NCBI RefSeq assembly: GCF_036321535.1
Contig: NC_087437.1
Coordinates: 109,246,001 to 109,310,000 of the forward strand
Reading direction: 5' to 3'
DNA length: 64,000 bases
Source of the DNA: Camelus dromedarius
Lineage: Eukaryota
The translations under genes were made by a program, and so were the position numbers. Below are positions 29,477-42,900 of the stretch, piece by piece. Position 1 is the first letter of the stretch. Each line of letters starts with the position of its first letter. The notes under the pieces were generated by a model. That model was not told where the DNA came from, searched no databases, and saw nothing but the letters and a program-made list of their open reading frames with translations.

Positions 29477-29680
29477 ATGATCTATAAGTTCTTTGACCAT
29501 TCCATTCCACTCTCCTTTGTCATTCTGGGCTCCATATTTGCCATCAGGGACGAGTTTAACATCATAAATGAAACCCAGGATGTTTGACAATTCCTTCAAT
29601 AGATCCAGGCAATACCCTTCAAATCTGTCATTTCCATATAAGGGTTTATCAGATTTCCTGTACATCACATAGGGTTCTTC
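29477..29680 (-). CDS. GRIK1: GRIK1 coding exon (about exon 11), S1 ligand-binding domain: [31 protein letters not shown]...[11 protein letters not shown]
   Basis: 204 nt; acceptor ttcatatag|GAA, donor CAT|gtaagc; ORF track 29441..29668. Confidence 0.97.
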
Positions 29681-31487
29681 CTATATGAAACAAACCACAT
29701 ATGAGACTCTTGTTATAATGAACAGCAGAATTTACTTACACAAGCTCCATCAACAACCAGGAGATAGAAAATATTTGAAAATGATTTTTAAGATTTGAGA
29801 GTACTAAAAAAACTCATTCCCCTTCCTGCCTTTGCTAAACTCATCCCACCTACATCCTCTACAAATACAGAACGCTTCATGTATTACTTTCTCTCCCTTC
29901 TCTCTCTTTGATTGAGAGATTTTTTCCCCCCTCCACTGCTGAGGGAAGAGCTGGGAGTGAGGGGTGCTATAGAGACACAACCACATTTAAACGTGAGGTC
30001 TGGCAGCGACGGCAGTGCAGGATCTGATGCCTGGATGTCTGGATGTCATACTCACACACACGCTTCTGCTGCGTGGCCACCCAACCTCCTAGCTTTTCTC
30101 TATGAGCGTCGCCTACCACAAACAGGAAACCTGAATCAGCAAGCATATCCTCTTGTCCTTCAAACTTGCTGCCTACTGAATACCCTGAACACTCTAATTT
30201 CCTCATCTTTTGGCTAAAGTTCATCTCAATTTCACTATCATCTTATTATTTACATGTTTTTCTTGGTTTCCTTCAGCATATCTTATCCAGAGACTATCTC
30301 AATGTCTTCTTTTATCATTGGTTCCATTTTCTTATTTGAACTCACCTCAGATCTCACATCTGGTAAATTCTTTGGCCATGTGGTTACATGATACATCCTC
30401 TATCTTATGAGAAAAGGACATTTCCTTACAACTATGTATCTATAACCTTATTAATTCTCATTTGACTAAATGAAACTTTATTTTATTTTATAAAATCATA
30501 AAAGTGACTACATTACTGATATATCTTTTATGTTTAGGCTTATCCTCAAACGAACTGAGAGAAGTAGCTAACTTTGTAGTTCTATGAGAAAGTCGCAGAG
30601 ACAGCAGTCACCAGAAAAGCAAAACAGTTTTCATTTTGGGTGAACAATTCTCAGAAGTTAACTATTTCAGACATAAATTGGCCTGACTTTATGGACCAAA
30701 CCAAATAAGGCAGTTGTGTCTGAAAGTGAAGGTTTTAGAGGTGCACATCCTTTATTTCTTGGGTTAAGGTCGGGCACAGAGGGAGAATGAAGAGCCTGAG
30801 AGTGTACAGTGGCTGAATGGAGGTATGACAGTGTTTCCAACAGGGACCAGGGGGTACCTTTACCAGGGGGTAAAGAGCCATTAATAAAGGGGCTATTCCA
30901 TTTACAGAAGAATGAATGGGGTAAAGGGAGCCAACAGGGATGGAGGCGAGAGTGGGAGTGGGAGTGGGATGTAGACACCCAGGGACCAACATAATTAGGA
31001 ATCTAAGGCTGAGGCAGGAAGGGAGGAAAGAGTGTTCCAGAATCCCAGTGCAACCAGAGTATGGAAGCAGGGTATTTGGCAGGATATATGCTATGGTTAT
31101 GAAAGACAGAGGTTCTGACAATACCACTGGGAGGCAGGAGAAAATTTTCTTTGCTTCTCTTCCTCCACTTCCTTGGTCTCTTGCTAGAGTCTCTTCTTGG
31201 TTGAAACCAACCAGCAGCCAGAGAGCAAAGGAGACCAGCTGGGTGGGGCTGAGAGGGGGCAGAACAGAGCTGAGAATGGATTGGAGGTGGGAGGTCTTCA
31301 GAACAATGTTGGAAGCTTATAATTCAATCCAATTATAGGTCTACACAAACATATGCTTCTAGTGTCCCAATTAAAAATAGACATTTGCAGACAGAGTTGT
31401 TTGCATGAAAAAGATAGTTGAGGAATCCTTCAAGGTCTAGAGTAGGAGTCGGGTTAAGATGCCCTGAATCCCACACAGTCAACTTAC

Positions 31488-31601
31488 CAGAATTGTGGTG
31501 ACGATGAGCGTTCGGTTGGCCAGTGAATCAGTGATATTATTGGACCTGTCTTTGTTGCCATCTGTCATGTTAAGCCCACTGTTGGAGTTCCAAATCCCAA
31601 T
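31488..31601 (-). CDS. GRIK1: GRIK1 coding exon (about exon 10), ATD-S1 linker: [38 protein letters not shown]
   Basis: 114 nt, phase 0/0; acceptor tctgtgtag|ATT, donor CTG|gtaagt; hand-translated, not in the ORF track. Confidence 0.96.
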
Positions 31602-31904
31602 CTACACAGAACACAGTACATCAGAGGCTGCTGGCTGTCAGTGATGGCATTTATGCTAAAGAGAGGCCCCTTCTACATCAGGAATGGGCACAAAAGCTCA
31701 GCGTCTGGGAAGAGGACACCAGGACATCACAGTGGAAGCTACTAAATGTGGGAAAACGAAACAATGGAAGAACGATGTGTAGATGAAACAGAACATCTGT
31801 ACGACTTGGGGTGGAGTCGGGGGAGGTCTTTTTGTTTTTAATATATTACATTCATTGTTCTTTTTCAAAATCAAGAATTCTTAAATGAGTATCAGATTTT
31901 CTTC

Positions 31905-32020
31905 CAAGATGTATTTGGTGAGTACCTACTTGTATGCCAGGCATCCTTCTAGGCATTAAAGGACACAGCAATGGACAAAAGAGACAAAAATTTCTGCTCT
32001 TGTGGAGCTCACATTTTATC
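31905..32020 (-). mobile_element. L2 3' end
   Basis: 'tatttggtgagtacctact...tgccaggcatccttctaggc...ctgctcttgtggagctcacattt'. Confidence 0.7.
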
Positions 32021-32569
32021 ATTACAAAACTTACATTGTCAAAGTATTACCATCAGTGCCCTTAAAACTTACAAGGAATGGGGTGGAGGGAGCAGGACAG
32101 ATAGTGGAGAGGCTGGGCATCTAAAAGGGAAAGATAAATGAAAGAAAAAGTGTGGATGAGCAGTAGTCTGAGTTCTAGGTCTATCTTCATTCAGGAGCCA
32201 GGGCTGGGTAGGAGTGTCTCTTGTGGAGTCTGGTAGGTCTCTATCAGTACCTCCGTTCTAGACCTTCTTCTGTAATTATCATCAGTTTACCTGTCCTGTT
32301 TGTTCACTTGCCCATGAATGCCTTCCATGAAGGTATTCACTTTTATTGCTTACTATCCCAGAACCTACTGATGCAACTGGCACTCAGTGAAGCCCCCTGC
32401 TCTTTTAAGAAATGACCCAAATTTTGCCCTGTGGTCAAGTCATTCCTGGGGCATTAGACCCTATAGAAGTATACTGATTTGTTTAGCCCCTGGGGGAAAG
32501 CCAGACAAAGAGCCTTAGGGAATTGAACTCTTTGAAGCCTGGTGAGATGGAATGCAGATGTGCCTCAGA

Positions 32570-33130
32570 GCCAGGCCAACCTGGTTGCTATGTGACCTTG
32601 GACAGGACGTTAACCTTTCTGAGCTTTGGTTGTCTATCTGTAAAGTAGTTTATATGTTGAGAAGATCAAATGACTAATGTATGTGAAAGTGTTGGTATGT
32701 GTGAAAAGCTGCACAAATGTTAATAATAAAGAACATCCAAATGACCTCCCCAGTAATTTCTTTAAGTTTGCCTTGTTATGAAAGAACTTGGAACCATTAG
32801 TGAAATTTTTTTTTTATGAAAAATGTGTTTGAAAGCTGATAAAGTAAAGGAGCTATAAAAAAACAGGGGCAGTTTAGGAATACCAACACCTGGATGTACT
32901 CAGGGATGGGCAGGGTGGACCTATGCGTGATCTCCAAGTATATTCTTGCAATGGGAGGACATGTGGCTAGCTGGACAGAGTGTGAGCTTTTCAGACAGAC
33001 TTTTGTCCAGATCCTAATTTTGCAATTTACCAGCAGTGTGACCTTGGGCAAGTTAATTAACCCTGCTGTGCCTCAATTTCTTTACCAGCAAAATGGAGAC
33101 AATAGAGCTTTTCTGATGATTAAATAAAAT
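32570..33130 (+). mobile_element. Two MIR fragments (about 32570-32730 and 32960-33130)
   Basis: 'tgtgaccttgggcaagttaattaaccctgctgtgcctcaatttc' and a similar MIR core. Confidence 0.7.
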
Positions 33131-34362
33131 TTCACCTGTGGGAATGTTCAGCTTCTTTCCTTTTCTATTTCTTTACTTTGATTTACTGCCTAAATACAGC
33201 GGCTGAAAATTCATTTAGCTTGACAAATACTCTTTTTGGAAATGTAAATTCTTTCAGGAAGTTTCGAGGATTATCACTCATTCACAAGTTGGTGTGAACT
33301 ATTTCAATGTCACTGTCTTCTTTCCATACTTAATTAAGGCTAGTTGGTCGGTGAAATAAGGAGACAGGCCTAGGTAAATTGGGGTTTGGGGGTAGTGTTT
33401 TCATTTGGGAGTATTTTGATCCTGTCTGCAGAGAGGGTGTTGGAGTTAGGATTAAGCTGTAGGATGGCCCCTTTAATAACCATTCAGTCTCTCCAGGATC
33501 AAGTATGATGTCTGTCACTTGGAGTGCACATGGCACAGGTCTGCTGGTTGACAAATCTTTACTTTTCTTTGTCTGGTTTTAAATCCAGGAAAGGGGAACA
33601 ACTTTTTCTTTTTTCGCTTCTAACCTCCAAACCTACTCTCAGTTTTTTGGGACAGAAATTCTTGCTTCCAGGAAACATAACTGAGGCTAACCACAACTGG
33701 GAGTCTACTGGTTTTAATCCAAAGATATACTTTAGTTTGTGAACAGCTGACTTCTAACTCTATGAAGACTGTGTGTAAACTGGGCCCTGGCTGTGTTTGT
33801 AATTAAACATTGATTCAGACACTGGGGAGAATGGAACCTAATTTTTAATTAAGTATCGAAAGGTGGAGAAAATAATTGTTTTTTAGCCAATTTGTTAAGT
33901 TATGAAATGTGTTCTCTGTAACTCTTATTTCTATTAATGTCAAGTATTTAAAGGACCTACATTAATATTTAAACATGGCAGTGTTGAATGGCCTCGCAGC
34001 ACCAATTCTTTTTAAAATACAAACTTGAATTTGTAGACAAATACACCCCACAGCTCAGCATCTAGCTTTTATTTCTTTCACCAGCCTCACTCAAAGTGTG
34101 GAAGGTCACATATCACTGCTGCTGCATTTCTAGTCAACAGAGCCCCAAAGTCCCATTCAGTGCAAACATTCATCCATGAAATAGGAAACGGGAGAATTTT
34201 TTCCCACTATCTGTGTAACAGAAGTTCCCTCAAATTTAGACTAAAAGACTGTCAAAATATAGTGATGATCAGGCTATTCCTGAAAAGTGGATAGAGTGCA
34301 TGTGAGGTTTGAATGATCTCAGCATTCTGTTTTCACATCTTTTAATCAGCAAAGCAGTAAAA

Positions 34363-34366
<4 letters not shown>

Positions 34367-34397
<31 letters not shown>
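34367..34397. repeat. (TG)n microsatellite
   Basis: Directly visible. Confidence 0.95.
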
Positions 34398-34400
<3 letters not shown>

Positions 34401-35607
34401 TCCTTTAAACCTAAGTTGTCAACTGCCTTTATCTGTCAGTTGAAGTAAATGAACATGTTAGCAAATAAATGTCTTTTTCTGAAAAAAGAAGATCTCATGA
34501 TTCACGTGTGCTGGGGAAAGGGAGACAGTTAACCAGATGCCAGGACATTTAGCATTTCAGTCCTGTTTTTTGACCTTGAAGGAGGTCTCCAGGAAACAGA
34601 ACCTCAATTTTCAAAGTGTATAGCAAAAACAGTCAGCAGTAATTTACCAGTGAGATGTAGTGGAGGATGGGTCAATTATCTGTAGGGAGGAACACTCGAA
34701 AGCTAAATTGTCTGGCCCTGCCTTCTTTCACTTTGTAAACTGGGATGAGGGGGCAGTCATTTATTATCTAGGACAGCAGAGGGAAGCATTTGAAAACGAG
34801 AGTCCAAATACAATTAAGCAAACTTTTTTTTTAAAGGTAATCCAACAAAGGGATGCTTCAGAGAGTGACTAGTATCTATCTTCCAAACCTGAAGTGTGAT
34901 TCTCAAAAACACAAAACCCAAAATTGCTGAGTGAAATTATCAAGTATCCAGGAAAACAAAGGTGCATCTGTTTTCTGTATGATGAGCTTCATGAATATAT
35001 TTAAGAGATGAGCTTTGTAAAGATGGTCATATCCTTCTTTTGGAAAGATTTTCAGTCAGGCTATTCTATACTGAAAATGCTCCAAGTGCAGACAAGAGCT
35101 TTTGGAATTTGAATGCAGTGGGGATGAATTCTTCTCTTTCTGGCAAAGGACCATGTGTTTGTTGTGTCTGGACACGTCTCATGTGCTAGCATCAGGTGAC
35201 TGTAAGTTGTGGACGAGTAGTCACAACACAAAACAGCACACCACAGTATATACAACTTACAATGTGAGCAATGATGGATCAGCAGGAAGGAAGAGGCACA
35301 AAGGCATGGAGGAAGGAGGAAAGCCAGGAAGTGCATCCCTGGGAAGCGGGGGTGATTACTGCAGTTTAGTGACAAATAAAGGACATTCCCCTACCTGGTG
35401 TATAATTTTAGGGCTTGGATTCCATTCCCTAGGATATTTGGTTTGAATTAATTCAACATTGCATAAAGTGCCTGGAGTCTCAAGCTGGATTAGTATAATA
35501 AGCTTCTTTCGGGGCGCTATCTGTTAGCAGAGAGGAGATGGGATTGCCTTCCCTGTGCCTTTGGTAGCTTGATTTACTGAAGATTAAAACGAGGTAATTA
35601 AACCTCT

Positions 35608-35644
<37 letters not shown>

Positions 35645-36631
35645 TTCGAAGCAGGACATTTTTGAGCTCATCTGTGTACTCCCAAAAGGGAGACAAGCTT
35701 TTCGACTACAGGAGAAATTGTTTACACTTTCTGTGACTTAACTGATAACTCAAAAGGTGGAAGTGACCCCAACAGCAAAACTGTTCAAATTGGACAACCT
35801 GGAGTAATTTAAGGTCCATCCATCAGTCAGCAGATATTTCAGCAAGTGGTTTAGAGAGAGAGAATGAAAGACAATGTTTGCACATCACTGTGACATTTTC
35901 CTGATCTGAACGTTTGTAATGTCTAACGTTTGCTTCTATAATAAATCTGTGCACATTCATTGACAACATGATACTGTACAATAAACTGTGAAATAGTAGG
36001 TGTTATGATTTACAAGATAATCTCATTTCCCTTGCAAAATCTCTAATGTCTTTGTCCTCTGGAAACTGTGACTCTAAAACAAATTGCGAAACAATATGCA
36101 CTGACAAAGTTTTGTTTTACTGCGTAAAACAAAGATGGCTCATAAGAAAAGGGAATTTCTGAAAGTGGCTCATATTTTGTGGTGGTGATGCTGAAGGAGC
36201 TGTTCCAGTCCCTCTGAGCCTTAGCCCGTCTGACTTGTCTGATGGATCTAATCTATTGTTTTGATGTCCCGTAGGGAAAAATACTTAGTGTTTTGAGAAA
36301 GAATATAAATGGACCAGGGTCTGCTTCTGCTAAGTTACCTGCTTTCAGTCCTAATAGGGACTGATCCTGCCCCAGAGAAACAAAAATAATCTATGGTGGA
36401 GGAATAATTAATGCATCATCATTGAATCATCTCAAGCCTGCTTCAATTCACAGGCAATGTGGTTGAGAGACTATGTATTCAACCACCCCCCTTCTCCCTT
36501 TACATGGAATATCGCCTCTAAACTGCAATCGGAGATCTACTGGTCTGGCAAAACTAGAAGGATGCAGGCTTTTCCTTTGATATTCCCCACCCCACGCCCA
36601 GATTTCCTGCAGGTTTAGTCCATGTACAAAC

Positions 36632-36676
36632 CTTCTTCCACACTTTATATAAGTGTTTAGACACTTCGCCAGCAGC
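36632..36676 (-). CDS. GRIK1: GRIK1 alternatively spliced 45-nt cassette exon (exon 9, GluK1-1 15-aa insert): AAGEVSKHLYKVWKK
   Basis: Not in the ORF track; read by hand. Acceptor ...ataaccaag|GCT, weak donor AAG|gtttgt; frame-preserving; the peptide is the GluK1-specific ATD splice insert. Confidence 0.94.
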
Positions 36677-38984
36677 CTTGGTTATTGGAGGGAAAAATAA
36701 AAATAGCACTTAATTAAAATGGAGCATGGGAGCCATAAGGTATCATGGTGTGTGAGTACTCACAGAGTTACAACCCCCTCCCATTGTTTGGAATCTTGCA
36801 TCTTAATTCGATACAGAGCCTCAGAATAAGTACAGTAAAGAGATGAAACAAGCACTTGGGTCCCACAGAAGTTACTTCTACTTGGTGGTACAACCTGATT
36901 TTCACTTTTCCTTTCACATACAAAAAAAAATCACTTAAAATTCTTTTGAATTTTCACACTATGCTGCAGAATTAAAGGGTCTTCATCATTCCTTAAGAAG
37001 ACCTGTTCGAGGCATTCATAACCGAATCAGTCAATCAACACACACACACACGTGCACACACACACACTATTCCTAAATGAAAAGAAAGTGTACTTAATGA
37101 CTTTTTCTTTGATTAAGGGCTTCCGGGCAGTAGAAACGACTGAAAGTGAGTAAATAGGCTTTTCTAACAGCTTTCCCTGTGGACCCCCAAAAGGCTGACA
37201 TGAAAAGATTGGACATTTCCACCCTTGGCGCCTGAGACCGATGGGTTGACTTCCCATTGCTTTAAGGCTCAATCAGCCTTCTCAGGAATTGAGCCCAAAT
37301 CACCTGAAGAAAGAAAAGTTATTGCAAACAATGAAGAGATCAGAAACAAATTGAGAAAACACTTTCATCTAATTCGATTTTGCCTTTGCTGGAAAAACAC
37401 CAACAGAATGTGCATACTATTGCAGAGTATAAATAGTGGGGAAAGGTAACAACAGCTCCATCTATTTCATCACACGTCTCATCCCAAAAGATGTTTCCTT
37501 AACAGCCTTTCTTCCCTTTTCAATTCTTACACTAATAGGAGTGGAGAGGGAGAGAGAAGCATGTATAGAGAGTCAGACATTAAAAAAAAAATTATAAGCT
37601 TTTAGTCCATAGCAAGTATAACTTTCCTTTCTTTTGTTCCCTGCAGCCCAAGTCCCATCTCCCATTATGGAGGCAGGTGTATGTCTTGTACTCAGAGCAT
37701 GTAAACTAAGAGACAAGGAAATCAGAGTGAAGAAGGCTGAGAGAGAAGGAAGGGGAGAGAGAGAGACAGAGAGACAGCGACAGAGACAGAGAGAGGAAGA
37801 GAGGAGATGAAGAGAGAGGGCATTTTCGAAACGGGAAACCTGCATGTATAATGCGTACTCTCAAGGCTGCAAACTAATTATTTTCCTCAAACATTTCAAC
37901 ACTAGTGGTTACCTTCTCTCACATTCAGCCTAATTAATCTTTGTTTGTTTTAATTAAGCTATTTGGGGGTGGAGCATAGTTAGGACCTAACAAAAATGTG
38001 TCTCAGTTAACAGAAGCAACAAAACAGAAATGGAAACCTTAACTCATTTAAAAAAAAATCTATCCAAATATTTCAATTGAGTAAGTAACTGATTGCTCCC
38101 AAAGTCACTCTTTTACATTAAGTATACCTTCTTGTCCGCTACAGTGAAAAAGAAGTGCTGGATTGTAGAGTTTTGGTGTTCAGACAATTGTTTTGTGGGT
38201 TTCAAAATCTTTTTTCTTTAAGGTTCTAAAGGCAAAGCCTTCACACTATAAGTGTCAATTAATTCCGACACATAATAGTGAATGCTCAAATTGTTATAAC
38301 AAAGTACACCAAGGAGGCAAATTATTTATTATAATAATAATAATATAATAATAAACTAAATAGCCTACATTTGTATTGCCCTAAATAGTAACAAAGAAGG
38401 AAATGGAAACTTTGAGATGTTGAGAATTACAACTAAAATAATCCTAAAATCAGAACTCAACATTAAAATACATTTTTTGTCATATTTCCTCCTAAAATTA
38501 AGGATGCAAAGTTAGTTTGCTTCAGTAAGCTTTTTCCATCCTACTTTATTCTGCCCCTCTGTTACCAATCTCAAAATGGAGTGCAATTAAAATTCATTTC
38601 TGAGTAATCTTTGTATGCCATTCCAAAGATAAATCATTGACAGCTTCTGATTTTCCAAGTTTAAAAACCTTTGAGAAAAGGGGTTAATGACACCCACCCA
38701 TGGGGTTTTATTTATATATATATTATATATATATAAAATATAATATAATCATGCTTGCTATATAAACCAAGCACTATGTAAACATTAGCATTGCTATTAA
38801 TAACACACAATTTAAAATGTGACACATTAACATCGATCTGCAGTTCTGGGAAAGGGATCTAAAAGACTGGATATAAATGAACATGCCAGGAGAATCCCTT
38901 TATTATTTCCCTACCTGTTTGTGCAATTAAAATGCATAAGCAGTGCTCTTTTTTAATTTTCACATTTATTATTGAGGAGGTTAC

Positions 38985-39092
38985 CTTTTCAGTTCCTTCC
39001 TCTTTGAGACTAATAATGTCCAGATTGAAATCCTTCCTCAAGCCATCGGTTTTATTGAAGGTGATACGCCCAGTCAAGCCATCCCACTGAGC
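38985..39092 (-). CDS. GRIK1: GRIK1 coding exon (about exon 8), end of amino-terminal domain: [36 protein letters not shown]
   Basis: 108 nt, phase 0/0; acceptor ...tgtccatag|GCT, donor AAG|gtaacc; translation matches the kainate receptor ATD end (ORF track 38859..39077). Confidence 0.96.
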
Positions 39093-39560
39093 CTATGGAC
39101 AGAAGGAACGTGGCATTACTGCTTAACACTTATCATAATTCTAACACCATCAAAAACCGTAATACCTCAAATTCATCACAGTATCCAATTATTCGGTTTC
39201 ATCATGGTGTTATAAACCGTTGCATTGGTTCAGTGACTTGATAGCTGAACACTTCATTGTTTTATTAGCACCCATTTATTTCGTCAGTTCTAACATCTTA
39301 ACATCAGTCAAATCTGCAATAGTGGCAATCGAGACGGGCAATATGGAAAAAATGACTGTAAAATGGTCTGCACATGGAGTAAACAAAGTCTGGGAAGTCA
39401 TAATATTCTGTTTTCCAAGGTCAGTCCAAATCCCTGCCAAGGTACTGCCCAGGGGAAATACCCCCACTTTTTTTTCTCTGTGAAAAGGATATAATCCAGT
39501 GATGTATTATCAAAATTTTAGAAGGTTTGTGATTTAGGCTTTCCAGTGTCATTTGGGAAT

Positions 39561-39935
39561 TATATTAGTTTCCTGTAGCTATTGTAGCAAATTGTCACAA
39601 GCTTGGTGGCTTAAAACAACAGAAATTTATTCTCTAAAAATGCTGGAAACCAGAAGCAGAAGTCCAAAATCAGTATCACTGGGTGAAACAAAGTGTCAGC
39701 AGGGCCGTGCTCCCTCCCTCCGGAGGCTGACTCCTTGCTTCTTCCCGCTGCTGGTAGCTGCCAGCAATCCTAGTCTTGTGGCTGCCTCACTCTGATCTCT
39801 GCATCTGTGGTCACCTTGCCTTCTCCTCTTCTGTGTAATCTCCTTCTGCATCTCTCTTATAAGGACACTTGTGATTGCATTTAGGACCCATGCAAATAAT
39901 CCAGGATAATTTCCCAACTCAAAAATCCTTCATTT
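39561..39935 (-). mobile_element. MLT1C/D-like MaLR LTR, left part (continues at 43950-44092 after the L1 insertion)
   Basis: 'tattagtttcctgtagctattgtagcaaattgtcacaagcttggtggcttaaaacaacagaaatttattctct...'; the element resumes after a duplicated target site. Confidence 0.85.
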
Positions 39936-42900
39936 GGAGTGATGTCACCAAGATAATGACATAGGTTGTTCCTGACTTCCTTCCCTGTTACTAGAAGAAC
40001 AGCAAACAACTATTCAAGAGCAAGACACCACTGAGTGAATCATAGAACACAAGGCCGAGGCTGGCGCGAGCTCCCTGCACCACAGAGACCAAGACAAACT
40101 GCATTAGAAGGTTAAGAGAAGTATCTACATGTTGACTGCACCGCCCTTTCCCCAGGCCAGCATAGTAACATGTGGGGAGGTCTCCCCTGAGCCTCTGGCT
40201 CCTCCAGTGGGAAAAGAGAAACTGGGGGAAAACCAGCTCTCTCACCATCGTGCGTAGCTTTGCAGAAGCCCCTGCTCTGATCTCACTCCTCAGGGAAGGC
40301 AGGGGAATCTGTGGGGCTAAACCAATGGAAATTGGACTGTGATGGAGAAGTGGGGAGGGGCCTGCAGCAACCACCACAGATCTTGGCCGACCAAGTTTAC
40401 ACCTGCAGTGCCCAAGCAGTAATCCCAACCAGAGGCTTCACTTATCTGAAGAACCAAGTTGGGGGTGCACTCTGACCAGAGAAATAGGCAGTGTATAGAT
40501 ATACTAATTTGGATCCTCAAATGAGACATTCTGCTGGCCCTAGAGTCCAGTTTGCCCATATCAGGTCAAGGAGCTGAATCACAGCTCCATTTGATGTGAA
40601 GATTATTTTTTGACCCCATCTGACCAGAAAGGCTAGAGACAACTCCTAGAAGTTATGTGACCCAGTGACACTTGAACCAAAAGGTGGGTGGGCAAAGCCA
40701 ATAGTTTGCAGAGCAAAGCCAGCAGCCCTGTTTGGTTAGGGAACTTGGAGTGCGGGTCAGCTTGAGTTAAGACAACAGTTACACTGGCTTCAGCACCTCT
40801 TCTCCCACTGTGCCTGGACAAGGAATCTAATTCATAGCTCCACTCATCATTGGATACAGCTTTTGTCTTGTCTGACCATGGAATCTAACCAAAGCACACA
40901 GAGTAGCCCGTCCAACAGCACTGTGTACAGTGGTATCTGAACAGAAAGCATAGTTCATAGCTTCCCCAGTCTGCAGAGCAAAGCTGGTGGCCTCACCTGA
41001 CCAGGAAATCATTACACACTCTAAACAGATTTGGATCCCCAGTGAGTTGCCCAAGCCCTGGGTCTCATTGTGCTGTCCGGTCAGGGCAAAGAAGCTATTT
41101 GTAGCCCCATCTACTCCTGAACATAGTACCTAGTTGCAACCTTCTAGTAAGCCTGGCCAGAGAATCAGGCAACCAGAGAGACCATCCTGTGGCCTTACTT
41201 GAGTAGGAAACCAAGCCACTGTCCTATCCAACTGTCCCTAGACAGTGCCACGATTCTCATCCTTATCCTTTGAGCTTGAACAGTTGCTTCTTCCCAAAAT
41301 AGACCATAATAGTAGGCTCCACCTGCCCAAGGACATTGCCAGCAGACACACCCAGAAATTTAAACAAAGCTGGCTGGTAGAAAACTGTCTTTGCCAAAGC
41401 AAACCTGTAAAGTCTTGAAGAAGAGCCAAGTTACCCAAATGTGCAGATACCAATGTAAGGAATCAAGGATCACAAAACATTAGGTCAATGTGACACCACT
41501 AAAGGAAGCTAATACAGCTCTAATAACTGATTCTAATGAATAGGAATCTATGAACTGTCAGGCAAAGAATTCAGAATAATCCTCTCAAGGAAGTTTAGTG
41601 AACTACAAGAAAACAAAGAAAAAAGAACTAAACAAAATTAGGAAAATAATGCGTGAACAAAATGAGAAGTATGATAAGAAAATAACAACTATCAAACATT
41701 TTTTTTAAAAAAACAACAAAACACCAAAAAGAAACTCCAGAATTGAGAAGTAGAATGACTGAACTGAAGAATTCAACAGAGAGTTTCAACAGTAGACTTG
41801 ACCATGCAGAAGAAAGAATCAATGACCTGGAAGACAAGACATCCAAAATTACCCAGTCAGAGGAGCAAAAATAATTTTTAAAAAGGTGAAAAAAGCCTAT
41901 GGGAGTTTTGGGACACAATAAAAAGAAACAATATTCGCATTATGGGAATTCCAGAAGGAAAGGGGAAAAAGAAAGGGACAGAAAGTATATCTAGAGCAGT
42001 AGTAGCTGCAAACTTCCTGAACCTGGGGAGAAAAATGGACATCCAGATCCATTAGGCCCTAAGGACCCCAAATAGGTTGAACCCAAATAAGGCTCATTAT
42101 AATTAAACTGTCAAAAGTCAAAGAGAGCATTTTTTTTTAGAGAAAGGATGTTTTATTTTATACATGTTTAACTATGTAGTATATATCTATATAGGATAGT
42201 TTTATATATACATATATCTGTGTGCATATAAATGGTATATAAAATGGTAACACACACACATTCAAGACAATACTTTCAGTGGTTCAGATAACATAAAGCA
42301 CAAAGATTTAAAATAACATTTAATAATTATGAAAGTTTTCGTAATTGAGAGCCACCAGCTGAACAGTGTATTGTGTCATTGGTTTCTATTTCTATGGACC
42401 AAGCCATAGCAGATGGCTTATGGAAACAGTTTCTAAGAAAACACTTTCAATTTTACCAATTCAATCTTTTCAGACATTATCTCAACTGATATAAGAAAAT
42501 TAATAATGATGTATAAAAATCACTATCAATGTTACTCTAATTTGTTCAATAAGGTTGTAAATTGAAAACTATAACAATATTCATTTTCTTCCCTCTGGAA
42601 ATAAGATGCTCTTCAGAATAATTTATTACCTGTTGATGACTTTTATCTGTCTTACATGTAAGTTATACTTAAGAATTGAATAACTATATTGAATTTGTAT
42701 TTTCCATTTTTTTATTGAAGTATAGTTAATTTACAATATTATATTAGCTTCAGGTGTAAAACATAGTGATTCAATATTTTTATAGCTTCTACCCCATTTA
42801 AAGTAATTACAAAACAATGGCTATATTTTCCTGTTCTGTACAATATATCCTTGTTGCTTATCTATTTAATACATAGCAGTTCATATCTTTTAATCCCATA

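Noticed and set aside
30667..31338. Overlapping 100-132 aa ORFs on both strands
   Set aside because: Higher-GC stretch resembling an old MaLR LTR; no protein similarity recognised.
39991..41453. Several minus-strand ORFs (up to 145 aa)
   Set aside because: They lie antisense in the GC-rich L1 5' UTR, where chance ORFs are expected.
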